A DNA stretch of 64,000 nucleotides, from NCBI GenBank assembly GCA_964541395.1, contig CAZIPM010000001.1, positions 3,833-67,832 on the forward strand, in the 5' to 3' direction. Numbering within the stretch: position 1 is the stretch's first letter; each line of letters begins with the position of its first letter. This document shows, piece by piece, positions 49,111 to 59,802 of the stretch. The translations under genes and the position numbers were made by a program. The notes under the pieces are model-generated. The model was not told the origin of the DNA and ran no database searches. It saw only the letters and a list, made by a program, of their open reading frames with translations. Source of the DNA: an uncultured Gammaproteobacteria bacterium (GTDB lineage Bacteria; Patescibacteriota; Microgenomatia; UBA8517).

Positions 49111-51425
49111 AAAAATACTTTCCGTTTATATTTATACTAATTCTAGTTGTATTGTTTTTTTGGAAGTTTTTCTTAAAAGGACTTATTCCAATTCCTGCCG
49201 ATTTAGTTGTTGGTGCCTATTTTCCTTGGCTTGATTACAAGTGGGGATATGAAATTGGAGTTCCTGTAAAAAATCCGATTACTTCTGACGTAGTATCTCA
49301 AATATATCCTATGAAAAGCTATCTTGTAGACCAACTTCATAGAGGAGGATCATCTTTATGGAATCCGACTATGTTTGGAGGATATCCGCTATTGGCAAAT
49401 CCAATACTTGCAGCTTTTTCGCCGACGTTTATTTTGTATTTTATACTTCCGAAAATTACAGCTTGGTCATTACAAATAATTATCCAACCGATCTTGGCTG
49501 CGGTATTTACATATCTTTTACTGAGACATTTTAAATTATCAAAAATAGCCAGTACCTTTGGAGGTTTATTTTTTGCATTCTCTGGTTTCAATTTAATTTG
49601 GTTAGAATGGAACATTCACTCATTGACTTCTGCTTGGATACCACTTTTGTTTTTATTAATTGATAAATATATTTATAAAAAAGAAATAAAGTATCTGATA
49701 TATTTCTCAATTGTGCTTGCTTTACAAATACTTTCCGGATATCCCCAAATCGTTTTATATACATTATTAGCCTTAGGTGTTTTTGTTTTAATAAGGAGAA
49801 AAGTTTTAATCGATAAATATAACTTAAAGATTTTAATATTTGTTGTAGTTGGTATTTTATTGTCTTCAATTCAGGTAATACCAATGGTAGAAATGTATTT
49901 AAGATCTCAAAGAGTAAGTGAAACCATATCTTCCGATATTATGTTCTTACCGTTTAAGCATCTTATTGCCCTTTTTGCCCCCGATTATTTTGGAAATCAT
50001 GCTACATATAATTTCTGGGGTAAAGGTAATTACACTAACAACGTAATATATTGCGGATTAGTTGTATTTGTGTTAGCGACAATCGGCTTGGCCAATAAAT
50101 GGAAAAACATCGAAATAAAATATTATTTTTGGTTATTTTTAGTTACTTTATTTGTAGCTCTACCTTTTACATTATCCAAAATATTATTCAACTTCTGGTT
50201 ACACGGATCAACAGCTGCTTCGGCAACCAGAATACTCATAATGACAAACTTCAGCATGGCAGTTGTCGCTGCATATGGAATTGAAGCTTTAACTTATAAA
50301 GGATTCAAGTGGATTTATAAATCACTTCTAATTCCATTTGCGACTTTATTAATGGTATTTGTTTATTCAATAAACAAAATTCATACAAGTAGAGATGAAT
50401 TAATTATCAGAAACATGAATGTTGGAATAAGAAATTTTATTTTTCCTACTATTTTATTATTTTCTTTATTAATTCTATTTTACAGTTTTAAATATTTAAA
50501 AAGTTTTAAAACAAGACTTCTTATCATTTTTATTATTTGTTTTCTAGCTACAATTGAGCTTTTCAGATTTGGTTGGAAATATACACCGTTTTCCAAAAAT
50601 GAATTAATCTTTCCGGAAACTCCTGTCATTACGTTTTTAAAAGAACAAAAAAAACCATTTAGAGTTATCGGTGGAGATGTAATCCCAAAAAATATGTGGA
50701 CGCCATACTTCTTGGAATCTTTAGAGGGCTATGATCCTGTTTATCCTAAATCAGTCTCAAAGTTTTTAGGTGTATTGGATAAAGGAAACGAAAACGCAGA
50801 ACCTCTTGACCGCTACGGATTTATCAGTAATTATGATAGTCCATTAATTAACTTAATTAATGTTAAGTATATTTTAGTTAATGTTTCCAACATAGAGTTG
50901 ATAAAAAAACTAATAAATAAAGGGTATAAACAAGCATTTACTGATAAAAGTGTCATTATCTATGAAAACACTAATTTCATTCCCCGCGCATTTTTAACTT
51001 TTGACTGGGAAGTCTCATCTGATAATAACTATATCTTTAAAAACCTTTTAGAAAGTAAATCGGAACTTAACGAAAAAGTATATTTAGAAAAAGATCCAAA
51101 AATAGAGAAAAGTAAAAAAGATATGTATCTATTAAATTTCGAAAAATATGATTCTGGAAAAATAATATTATCTACAAATTCAACGAAAGACGGTATTCTG
51201 TTTATTTCCAATGTATATTTTCCGGGATGGAAGGCGTCAATTGATAATAATCAAACCGAAATAATTAAAGCGGATGCAACTTTTCAGTCGATTGTTGTAC
51301 CAAAAGGTGAACATAAAATAGAGTTTATTTATGATCCGAAATCATTTAAAATAGGAAAGCTGGTTACAATTTCTATATTTGTAACACTGATATTGTTTTA
51401 TTATTATGAAAAAAGAAGAAAGTAG
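49107..51425 (+). CDS. YfhO-family GT-C membrane protein
   Basis: LWNPTMFGGYP, GYPQ, PRAFL, YFPGWKASID, VPKGEHKIEF.Y.P. Confidence 0.88.
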   Translation: MKKYFPFIFILILVVLFFWKFFLKGLIPIPADLVVGAYFPWLDYKWGYEIGVPVKNPITSDVVSQIYPMKSYLVDQLHRGGSSLWNPTMFGGYPLLANPILAAFSPTFILYFILPKITAWSLQIIIQPILAAVFTYLLLRHFKLSKIASTFGGLFFAFSGFNLIWLEWNIHSLTSAWIPLLFLLIDKYIYKKEIKYLIYFSIVLALQILSGYPQIVLYTLLALGVFVLIRRKVLIDKYNLKILIFVVVGILLSSIQVIPMVEMYLRSQRVSETISSDIMFLPFKHLIALFAPDYFGNHATYNFWGKGNYTNNVIYCGLVVFVLATIGLANKWKNIEIKYYFWLFLVTLFVALPFTLSKILFNFWLHGSTAASATRILIMTNFSMAVVAAYGIEALTYKGFKWIYKSLLIPFATLLMVFVYSINKIHTSRDELIIRNMNVGIRNFIFPTILLFSLLILFYSFKYLKSFKTRLLIIFIICFLATIELFRFGWKYTPFSKNELIFPETPVITFLKEQKKPFRVIGGDVIPKNMWTPYFLESLEGYDPVYPKSVSKFLGVLDKGNENAEPLDRYGFISNYDSPLINLINVKYILVNVSNIELIKKLINKGYKQAFTDKSVIIYENTNFIPRAFLTFDWEVSSDNNYIFKNLLESKSELNEKVYLEKDPKIEKSKKDMYLLNFEKYDSGKIILSTNSTKDGILFISNVYFPGWKASIDNNQTEIIKADATFQSIVVPKGEHKIEFIYDPKSFKIGKLVTISIFVTLILFYYYEKRRK

Positions 51426-52062
51426 AGCGCTTAAATTACATGAACATGTTCCGCCCAATTGGTATTACGAATCATTGAAGGTGGATCCATTACAAAAAAT
51501 ATGGCACCGAACAAGATTCGATCAGGTTAAAAAAATATCGGAGCCTGCAGAAAAAATATTGGATGTAGGAAGTGCTGACGGAATGTTTTCTAAAGTTATT
51601 CTGGATGCAACCCGAGCAAAATCTCTAATTGGAGTTGATATAGTTAAAACTTCGGTCGATTGGGCAAAAAAACACTGGAAGAAAAATCAAAAGATGAAGT
51701 TTAAAGTTGGCGATGCCCATGACCTGAAGTTTAATAGTAACTCATTTGATGCAGTTTATAGTATGGAAGTCTTAGAACATGTAGAAAATCCTGTTAAAGT
51801 TCTGAAAGACATCAAAAGAGTGATGAAGCCTGGTGGCTTTGGCGTTTTCATGGTACCTTCGGACAATAATTTGTTTAAAATAGTTTGGTGGCTTTGGCTT
51901 CACTTTTACCCCAGAGGGTGGGTCTGGAGAGATACACACATTCAAACCTATAGGGGTAACTTTCTTCCTGTAATATGTAAAAAAGCCGGATTTAAAATCG
52001 AAGTAGCTAAAACTTTTAATTTTGGTATGCTTAGTATAGTTAAGGTTAGGAAAGTAAAATAA
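51406..52062 (+). CDS. Class I SAM-dependent methyltransferase
   Basis: ILDVGSADG, GDAHDL.F...FD, EVLEHV, KPGG. Confidence 0.88.
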   Translation: MKKEESRALKLHEHVPPNWYYESLKVDPLQKIWHRTRFDQVKKISEPAEKILDVGSADGMFSKVILDATRAKSLIGVDIVKTSVDWAKKHWKKNQKMKFKVGDAHDLKFNSNSFDAVYSMEVLEHVENPVKVLKDIKRVMKPGGFGVFMVPSDNNLFKIVWWLWLHFYPRGWVWRDTHIQTYRGNFLPVICKKAGFKIEVAKTFNFGMLSIVKVRKVK

Positions 52063-52064
52063 TC

Positions 52065-52955
52065 ATGAAGGTTTCAGTAATAATGCCCAATATCAATGGT
52101 AAAAGTATATTGGAAAAGAATTTACCTAAACTTTTTGAAGCCGTAGATAATCCCAATAACAAAATTCATGAAGTTATTATTGTCGATGATGGAAGCTGGG
52201 ATGACAGTATAGGATTTATAAATAAAAACTATAGCAAAAAAGTTAAGTTGATTAAACACAAAAAGAATCGTGGATTTTCGGCAGCAATAAATACCGGTGT
52301 TAGGGCTTCATCAGGAGATCTTCTTCTTTTGATAAATACTGACGTAATACCCGAAAAGAATTTTTTAACTTGGGTGTTGCCACATTTTAAAGACCCAAAA
52401 GTATTTGCAGTTTCCATTCATGAAAAAGGCTACGGATCAGCAGTCGGTTATTTTGGTGAAGGATATATTCAACTCGCAATGGGCAAAGAAAATGATAAAT
52501 TCCACAAAAGCTTCTATGTCAGCGGAGGCAGTGGAGTTTTTAGAAAAAGTATCTGGCGAGAATTAAATGGAATGGATGAAGAATTACTGTCTCCGTTTTA
52601 TTGGGAAGATATTGATCTCTGTTACAGAGCCGCTAAAAGAGGCTATATAAACCTTTGGGAACCGAAGGGTAATGTGGTTCACCAACACGAATCTACAATC
52701 TCCAAATTTCCCAGAAATTATGTTAATAGAGTCAAGGAAAGAAATCAACTTCTTTGCATCTGGAAAAATATCCAAAGTAAAAATTTAATCAAAAAACATA
52801 TTGTGGGAGTTTTAAACAGATTAATTCATCACCCCGGTTATATTAAAGTTGTTGTCATGGCGCTTTTTAGGATTCGAATCGCTTTAAAACAAAAAAGAAA
52901 AGAGATTAAAGAAAGTATTGTTTCCGATGAAGCTGTCTTTGCCCAATATAAATAA
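52065..52955 (+). CDS. GT2 glycosyltransferase
   Basis: DDGSWD, NRGFSAAIN, INTD, YWEDIDLCYR. Confidence 0.88.
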   Translation: MKVSVIMPNINGKSILEKNLPKLFEAVDNPNNKIHEVIIVDDGSWDDSIGFINKNYSKKVKLIKHKKNRGFSAAINTGVRASSGDLLLLINTDVIPEKNFLTWVLPHFKDPKVFAVSIHEKGYGSAVGYFGEGYIQLAMGKENDKFHKSFYVSGGSGVFRKSIWRELNGMDEELLSPFYWEDIDLCYRAAKRGYINLWEPKGNVVHQHESTISKFPRNYVNRVKERNQLLCIWKNIQSKNLIKKHIVGVLNRLIHHPGYIKVVVMALFRIRIALKQKRKEIKESIVSDEAVFAQYK

Positions 52956-52959
52956 GTAT

Positions 52960-53802
52960 ATGAAAACTCAAAAAGAAAAAATTACCTTATCCATTGTGAT
53001 TGTTAACCTGAACACGGTTGATTTGACACGGGGTTGTATAGAATCTATTTACAAACACAAACCAAAGTTTTCATTTGAAGTTATGGTAACGGACAATGGA
53101 TCAAATGATGGATCGGTTGAAATGTTAAAAATCTTTGACAAGAAATATGATAATTTCACCCTTATTTTAAATGACACTAATACCGGTTATGGTAAAGCGA
53201 ATAATCAAGGAATTAATAAATCAAATGGGGAATACATTCTTCTTCTAAATAACGACACAATAGTCTATAAAGACTCATTGGATAAACTCGTAGAATTTGC
53301 CGAAAAAACTCCGGATGCAGGAGTTGTCGGTAGCCGGTTGTTAAACATTGATGGGACACTTCAAATGTCCTGTTACCATTTTCCGACAATAACCAATGCA
53401 ATTAAAGAATATTGGTTTGGAAAAAAAGGATTATTTGAAAAATTTGCGCCTCTTGGGAAAAAGCCAGTTACTGTAGATAGTGTGGTAGGTGCTGCGTTTT
53501 TAATAACCCCAGAAGCCAGAAAGAGAGTTGGAATTTTGGACGAAAGATACTTTGCTTATTTTGAAGACGTTGATTATTGCAGACAAACTTGGAAAAAGGG
53601 ATTGAAAGTCTATTATCTGCCTGAATCAGTAATTAAACATTATCACGGAGCGACATTCAAAAAACTTGCAGATGACGGAAATAGGTGGAGAAAACTTATA
53701 CCAAGCAGCATTATTTACCATGGCCTTCTTAAACACTACATTCTATTTGTCATACTTTGGACAGGACAAAAGTGGCAGAAAGTCTTAAAATTATTGGGTT
53801 AG
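52960..53802 (+). CDS. GT2 glycosyltransferase (WbbL-like)
   Basis: DNGSNDGS, NTGYGKANN, LLNND, YFEDVDYC. Confidence 0.88.
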   Translation: MKTQKEKITLSIVIVNLNTVDLTRGCIESIYKHKPKFSFEVMVTDNGSNDGSVEMLKIFDKKYDNFTLILNDTNTGYGKANNQGINKSNGEYILLLNNDTIVYKDSLDKLVEFAEKTPDAGVVGSRLLNIDGTLQMSCYHFPTITNAIKEYWFGKKGLFEKFAPLGKKPVTVDSVVGAAFLITPEARKRVGILDERYFAYFEDVDYCRQTWKKGLKVYYLPESVIKHYHGATFKKLADDGNRWRKLIPSSIIYHGLLKHYILFVILWTGQKWQKVLKLLG

Positions 53803-53818
53803 CTAGGTAAACTATCCG

Positions 53819-54061
53819 CTATCTTCTATTAAACCTGGCGATAAGATTCTTTTCAGCTACTGCTGCAGCCATAATTATCTCGGCAGCAGTTGTTCTAGTT
53901 TGAGGAGTTGAATCACTTTCATTAAGGATAATTGCACTTTCTACCATTATTTCCTCTATCCTTTCTGATATTTTAGATCTTGCAAGTTTATGTTTATTAA
54001 CAGCGCCAGCTATACCTTCTTCAAGAGTTTCAGCTACTGTTTTTATTCTCCCCAACTCCAT
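53819..54061 (-). CDS. Hypothetical protein
   Basis: 80-aa helical ORF, TAAACT 6 nt upstream. Confidence 0.55.
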   Translation of the reverse strand: MELGRIKTVAETLEEGIAGAVNKHKLARSKISERIEEIMVESAIILNESDSTPQTRTTAAEIIMAAAVAEKNLIARFNRR

Positions 54062-54193
54062 GCGTGTAGTTTACCACTGTTGTACTTTAAATCAATCTAT
54101 TTACTGTTACTAACAACATATTTTTGTTAATATCAAAACTAATAACGAAATTTATTTATTCAAAAATTATGTAATTTATTCTGAAGACAAGAT

Positions 54194-54460
54194 CTATTCA
54201 CAATCTTTATCATTATTAATATTAAGTTTAAAATATTTTAATAGTCGGTCTTCTACAACTGAAATAGCGAATACTGATTTTATGGCTTCACCTTTCGTTT
54301 TTAATGGAAATTTTGAGTTAGCGATGAGTTTAGTCGGAATTGCTGTTAATAAGGTAGCTTCATATTCTATATCATGAATTGTGACAGGTACTTTCTTCTT
54401 TCCAATATTGTCAAACCAAGCCTCTTCAATTTCTTGAATTAGTTTTTGGTACTCATTCAT
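54194..54460 (-). CDS. Hypothetical protein
   Basis: 88-aa ORF, TATAAT 5 nt upstream. Confidence 0.55.
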   Translation of the reverse strand: MNEYQKLIQEIEEAWFDNIGKKKVPVTIHDIEYEATLLTAIPTKLIANSKFPLKTKGEAIKSVFAISVVEDRLLKYFKLNINNDKDCE

Positions 54461-54532
54461 ATGGAATTATAAAATAAATTGACAAAACTTCATAATTATT
54501 TAGATAAAAAGTGTTATTATTAAAAGAAGTTT

Positions 54533-56233
54533 ATGAAAAAGTTTTTTTTGAAAAATTGGTTATTAATTGTTATTTTGGTTACCGCTTCATTTTTAAGAAC
54601 ATATAAATTAAACCAAGTTCCAATATCACTTTTTGGTGATGAATTGGATGTAGACTATCATGCTCTCTCGATATTAAAAACTAGTCGTGATTACTCAGGT
54701 AATTTTATACCTTTTCACTTTCAGAGTCTGGCAGAATGGAGAACTCCTTTGTATTTATATTCAGCAGTTCCAACAGTAAGTCTTTTTGGAATTAGTCCTC
54801 TGGGGGTCAGATTACCTGCTGCTATTTATGGCATATTGGGAGTTTTTGGCATTTATCTTTTAGTTAAACAACTAACAAAAAAAGAATCTCTGGGTTTAAT
54901 AACCGGTTTTTTACTAGCGGTGAATCCTTGGCATTTGCAGTATTCAAGAGCCGGTTTTGAAGTAACTATGCTTCTTTGTTTTCTGCTATTTGGTTTATAT
55001 TTCTTTTTTAAATCTTTCGAAAAACCTAAGTTACTTTGGTTGTCTACCAGTTTACTTGTTATAACTCCACTTATTTATTCAACTGCCAAACTCTTTACTC
55101 CGATACTTTTTGTCTTTTTGTTTTTTGCTTACAGGAAAGAAATATTATCTCTGCCTAAAAAATACCTTAACTATGCTGTGGCATCCTTAATAATTTTGGG
55201 TGGAATAACAACATATGCCACACTTTTTTCTGGTGGTAGTCAGAGATTCGGTTACATTGGTGTTTTTACAGATCCAATCATTGAGCCTGAAGTTGGTGTT
55301 GATAGATTGAGAGATTCACTAATGCGGGGTGAGAAAGGTGTAGGTTTACAACCAAAATTCATTGACAGAGCCATCCATAATAAATTCACATTTGTGGGTG
55401 AGAGAATAGTAAATAATTACATCACTTCTTTATCTTTTGATTTCCTTTTTGTAAATGGAGATCCTAACCCAAGGCATATGATTGATGGAATGGGAATGTT
55501 TTATAAAGTAGAAGTTATTACTCTTCTTTTTGGTTTGTTACTCTTTTTTACGGATAAAAATGTTGATATCAAAATAAAACGATTGATAGCAGTTTGGATT
55601 TTAGCAGGAATATTACCTGCATCCATAACGCGCGACGGAGGAAATCATGCATCAAGATTAATATTAATTTTACCACCCCTTATTTTTCTTATGTCTTATG
55701 GATTTTCAAAATTTTATGATTTATCCAAAAAAATGACTGCTGTTTACTTATTGGTACTATTCGCTTTTATCGGTCTTTATTTACACAACTATTATGTACA
55801 TTACCCATGGGACAGTGAAAGATGGTGGCATGCAGGCTGGTGTGATGCAGTAGGTGAAGTAAAGAAAGTTGATGAAAGTTATGAAAAGATAATCATATCA
55901 ATGGCTGATGAACCAGCCTGGATCTTTTTTGCAGGGTGTTACCAGTATGATCCCTTTATATGGCAAAAAGAATTTCCTTTAGGAAATGATGTGGAAGTCA
56001 AAGGATTCGGAAAAATATCACACACTGATAAATTCTATTTTGGCAAACCGGAAGGTGGAATATACTCTTTAAAGGATAATTTGGATGAAAAAAGCCTGTA
56101 CCTTGCCTCCGCTAAAGAGATACCTTGGAATCTTATTATGGAACCGACCAGGGTTCCGGATGGGCTAAATTTAGTTAAAGCAATACCATTTCCATCAGGG
56201 GAACCTGCTTTTTATCTATTGACTAAAAAGTAA
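54533..56233 (+). CDS. GT-C glycosyltransferase
   Basis: FGDE...SILKTSRDYSG, VRLP, PWHLQYSRAGFE. Confidence 0.85.
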   Translation: MKKFFLKNWLLIVILVTASFLRTYKLNQVPISLFGDELDVDYHALSILKTSRDYSGNFIPFHFQSLAEWRTPLYLYSAVPTVSLFGISPLGVRLPAAIYGILGVFGIYLLVKQLTKKESLGLITGFLLAVNPWHLQYSRAGFEVTMLLCFLLFGLYFFFKSFEKPKLLWLSTSLLVITPLIYSTAKLFTPILFVFLFFAYRKEILSLPKKYLNYAVASLIILGGITTYATLFSGGSQRFGYIGVFTDPIIEPEVGVDRLRDSLMRGEKGVGLQPKFIDRAIHNKFTFVGERIVNNYITSLSFDFLFVNGDPNPRHMIDGMGMFYKVEVITLLFGLLLFFTDKNVDIKIKRLIAVWILAGILPASITRDGGNHASRLILILPPLIFLMSYGFSKFYDLSKKMTAVYLLVLFAFIGLYLHNYYVHYPWDSERWWHAGWCDAVGEVKKVDESYEKIIISMADEPAWIFFAGCYQYDPFIWQKEFPLGNDVEVKGFGKISHTDKFYFGKPEGGIYSLKDNLDEKSLYLASAKEIPWNLIMEPTRVPDGLNLVKAIPFPSGEPAFYLLTKK

Positions 56234-57483
56234 TGAAAAAATTCTTTTTGATTGTAATTTTTGCTTTAGTATTTAGATTAGTCCTCTCTTTTATCGTTTG
56301 GCATCCGGATCTTAATAATCATTCGGATTGGGGAATTAGGTTTTTTGAATATAGAGCATCAAGGTTTTATTCACCTGAGACTAATGTCTGGAGTTTTACC
56401 TGGCCTAATCAGCCTCCCGGATCAATTTATATGTTTGCTGGTGTCAGGAAATTGTTTGAATTTGTATTTAATGTATTCTGGCTGATAAACGTTAAAATTC
56501 CAGCTTTTCCTTCAATAATTGTTTCCTACTTCGAAACTAATTTATATCCAGCCCTTTTAAAACTACCCGCAATACTTTCCGACTTTGGAATTGCTTATTT
56601 AATTTACAAGATGTGTGGTAAAAAATGGGCTAGTGTTGTTTGGCTTCTAAATCCTTTAGTTTGGTACAATTCCGCAGTTTGGGGGCAATATGATGCGGTA
56701 ATAAATTTCCTGGCACTTTTGTCATTTTATTTACTAACCAAAAAGAAATTGATTTTAGGTGCACTTTTTCTTGCTCTAAGTCTTTTTACCAAAGCCTCCC
56801 TTTTGATATTTGCACCAATTTGGATAATTTATTCACTAACTCAAAAATACAAAACCTCCGAATTCGTTAAAGCATTGACAATAACTTTAATTGTTATAGT
56901 TTTACTGACACTTCCTTTTTCCAACGGAAATCCAATTATTTGGCTTTATGAGCTTTATCAAAAGAAAGTGTTTACGCAACAACTTCATGTAATTACCGCT
57001 AATGCCTTTAATTTATGGGCAGGAGTAGCGGGCATCCATGAACGACCTGACACGCTTCCGTTTCTTGGTTTAACTTATCAACTGTGGGGTTATATTCTTT
57101 TTGCTTTGGTATATATTCCGTTACTGTTCCGTGTAGCCAAGAACGATAATGTAAAAACACTAGTTTGGATGTTGGCTCTTGCTGCATTTGCCAGTTTTAC
57201 TCTCTTAACAAATATGCATGAAAGATATCTTTATCCACTTTTCCCATACTTAACAATTCTTTTAGGATTGGGTTTGGTTAAGCATTGGTATTACTGGCTG
57301 ATTACCATAATTAGTTTATTGGGGATGTATAATTTTTGGTTTACACCGAAAATAGATACGATTATAAATTTTCTTTCTTTTGGAGATAGGCTTACACCAA
57401 GAGTTTTAGGATTTGTACTTACGATTATGTTTTTCTATTTAGTTTCTTTGGGATTGGTTTCAAAACCGCGTAAAATTACCTGA
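56233..57483 (+). CDS. GT-C glycosyltransferase (GT87/ALG6-like)
   Basis: NQPP, LKLPAILSD, NSAVWGQYD, MHERYLYP. Confidence 0.82.
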   Translation: MKKFFLIVIFALVFRLVLSFIVWHPDLNNHSDWGIRFFEYRASRFYSPETNVWSFTWPNQPPGSIYMFAGVRKLFEFVFNVFWLINVKIPAFPSIIVSYFETNLYPALLKLPAILSDFGIAYLIYKMCGKKWASVVWLLNPLVWYNSAVWGQYDAVINFLALLSFYLLTKKKLILGALFLALSLFTKASLLIFAPIWIIYSLTQKYKTSEFVKALTITLIVIVLLTLPFSNGNPIIWLYELYQKKVFTQQLHVITANAFNLWAGVAGIHERPDTLPFLGLTYQLWGYILFALVYIPLLFRVAKNDNVKTLVWMLALAAFASFTLLTNMHERYLYPLFPYLTILLGLGLVKHWYYWLITIISLLGMYNFWFTPKIDTIINFLSFGDRLTPRVLGFVLTIMFFYLVSLGLVSKPRKIT

Positions 57484-59117
57484 CCATCGGAGTCGTTAAC
57501 CTCAAAAACTTTTGTTAAATTATGAAGCGCCACTTCATTGTCTGAAATGGTGACAGTGTCTCCTACTAAAACAACTTTTCGGTAGTTTGTTTCCCCCCAC
57601 TCTATTGGTCTGAATTCAAGGTTGTTAAAATTATGGGTAAAGTTAAATTTCTTATCATAATAATAATTTTTAACAATATCTTTATCTTGGTCTTTTTGCA
57701 AAATTTGCGGAGGTATTTTCAGGTAGAATGCCATTTGGATATAGGCGATGTCTTGTGGTTTTACCCTTTTTGTCTGGTCTATAATAAAAGTCTGGTTTGG
57801 GTGATCTTTAATATACTGAGCCAGTTGTGGATACTGAATTCCCCAAACATATTTTTTTTGATTTGGAAGAAAATTAAAATATGATCTGTAGAAAACTATT
57901 AATGAAAACATGAGTACTAACAGAACAGTTGGAATAACAAATTTATTTGGTCTTTTCAGGATCATTTTATCAATACCTACTGCTATCAGAAAAGAGACGG
58001 GAAGAAGCAGGGAATATGTTCTTTGGATATGAAACGGGTCTTGTGTTAATGCTCCTGTTAATGGGGTTATTAAAAACAGTGTCAATAAAAAAATACTAAT
58101 TTCTGATTTTTTGTTCTTAATTATTAAATAAAGACCTGTAAGATAAGGAATAATCATCCAGGAATAAAAAACGGAAAGATTCGGTATAGACCTTTGAGGA
58201 TCCGGGTCAGGTAGAAAAAACAAAGATCGGGGAGACAAATAAGTTATGTATTTTGCCAGGAAGTCTCTGGTGAAAGCAAGAATTACTGAAATTTGATAAG
58301 GTAAATAATTTTGCAATTTATCTATTTGATCGACTGAAATGTTGGATAGTAGATAATTGGATTTAGTATAAAAAGATGGTGTGGTGGCCATAAAAAGATT
58401 AGGGATCTGGATAATTGCAGCAATTATAAATCCAAGAACAATATGTCTTATATCTTTTTTAAAATTAATCTTTTTAAAAAATATAAACAAAAATGCAATT
58501 AAAAGTAAGGGACTGATAATTTTTTGTGAATAATCTGTGTATGTAGCCAGTGATATTAAAGGTAAAGACAACATAAAAAGTTTATTATTGGATATGGACT
58601 TCAAAAGCATTAAGACACAGGTTATAAAAAAGAGAAAAGCTAAGTTTTGTTCATAGCCTATACGACTGAAAAATATAAGCCAGGGAGTAATGGCGAAAAA
58701 TAAGGTGGATATGAATAAAGTGTATTTGGATTTAAAAATATTAAGCTCTTTAAGTAGAAAATAGTAAATATATATCGATGCAACACCACACAATACAGAT
58801 AAGAATCTTGCCGAAAACACGTTCAATCCTAAAAGAGCAATTATAGGTACATTAAAATATATGTATAATGGCGGCGTGTAAGACCCGAAAAGTTTGAACG
58901 CCATAGGGAATGCTTTACCATACTCATCTTTACCTGTCATTAAGATTGAATAGCTGTTATAGGCACTTCCTGCTTCATCGATATACAGACCCGGTGGATT
59001 ACTGTCAAGTCTAAACATATAAATGAAAGCTCCCAAGAAAATTATAGCCAGAAGAATAGTGCCTTTAAGATATTTAGATTTAATCAGTCGATTATATAAT
59101 TGATTTAGCATAGGCAA
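57435..59117 (-). CDS. GT-C glycosyltransferase
   Basis: PPGLYIDEA..AYNSYSILMTGKDEYG, FSRIGYE. Confidence 0.85.
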   Translation of the reverse strand: MPMLNQLYNRLIKSKYLKGTILLAIIFLGAFIYMFRLDSNPPGLYIDEAGSAYNSYSILMTGKDEYGKAFPMAFKLFGSYTPPLYIYFNVPIIALLGLNVFSARFLSVLCGVASIYIYYFLLKELNIFKSKYTLFISTLFFAITPWLIFFSRIGYEQNLAFLFFITCVLMLLKSISNNKLFMLSLPLISLATYTDYSQKIISPLLLIAFLFIFFKKINFKKDIRHIVLGFIIAAIIQIPNLFMATTPSFYTKSNYLLSNISVDQIDKLQNYLPYQISVILAFTRDFLAKYITYLSPRSLFFLPDPDPQRSIPNLSVFYSWMIIPYLTGLYLIIKNKKSEISIFLLTLFLITPLTGALTQDPFHIQRTYSLLLPVSFLIAVGIDKMILKRPNKFVIPTVLLVLMFSLIVFYRSYFNFLPNQKKYVWGIQYPQLAQYIKDHPNQTFIIDQTKRVKPQDIAYIQMAFYLKIPPQILQKDQDKDIVKNYYYDKKFNFTHNFNNLEFRPIEWGETNYRKVVLVGDTVTISDNEVALHNLTKVFEVNDSDGQVILRGFETNPKETK

Positions 59118-59766
59118 TTGATTGAATTAAAGAAAAAACAAACAAAAGCAAAAAAGGGATTATAAATTTCTTGTTTTCTATTACTTTTAATGTCCCAAGA
59201 TAAATAAGGATTACCATTAAAGGAAACAGGGTAAAAGGACCGAGGGGGTTATTGTTTCCGATAACACTAAGAAGAATAATCGGAGAAAGTGCTGTCAATA
59301 AAGCAATTATATGATCCTTCTTTACTTGGAAGATACCGATTAGAAAGAGGGGTAGTAAACCATAGGGAAATTTTTCAAATTCCTGAAACCAAAATCTGCC
59401 TCTGGGGAAATTTGAAAAGAAAAACAGATTTAGATCAAATACTTCAGAAAAGTTAAATTTTATTTTATTAAAAGTCGTATCATAAAGATTCAAGATAAAT
59501 TGTTTGATGAAGTTTATTCCAAATCCGTTTAATTTAGGAAATGTTAAATCACTCATAATAGTGGTTTTTATTTGCAGCAATAACGCTATAAGAAAAACTA
59601 CTCTTAATAAGTTTTGGTATTTATTGGTATTTTTTTGAAATGTAAGCCATAAAAGAAAGGTAGCCAAAATTGTTAAAAATGCTATATAGAAATTATCGCT
59701 AAAAAGTTTCCAAATCCAGAGATTTGAGAACAGGGAAAATATCAAAATCAGGGACTTTTTAATCAT
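59092..59766 (-). CDS. Short membrane protein resembling the C-terminal half of a GT-C
   Basis: About 6 TM helices, FSEVFDLNLFFF loop, no N-terminal DE loop. Confidence 0.55.
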   Translation of the reverse strand: MIKKSLILIFSLFSNLWIWKLFSDNFYIAFLTILATFLLWLTFQKNTNKYQNLLRVVFLIALLLQIKTTIMSDLTFPKLNGFGINFIKQFILNLYDTTFNKIKFNFSEVFDLNLFFFSNFPRGRFWFQEFEKFPYGLLPLFLIGIFQVKKDHIIALLTALSPIILLSVIGNNNPLGPFTLFPLMVILIYLGTLKVIENKKFIIPFLLLFVFSLIQSIAYAKSII

Positions 59767-59802
59767 ATCAATATATTAACATTTTTAAGGTATAATTTGG
59801 TT

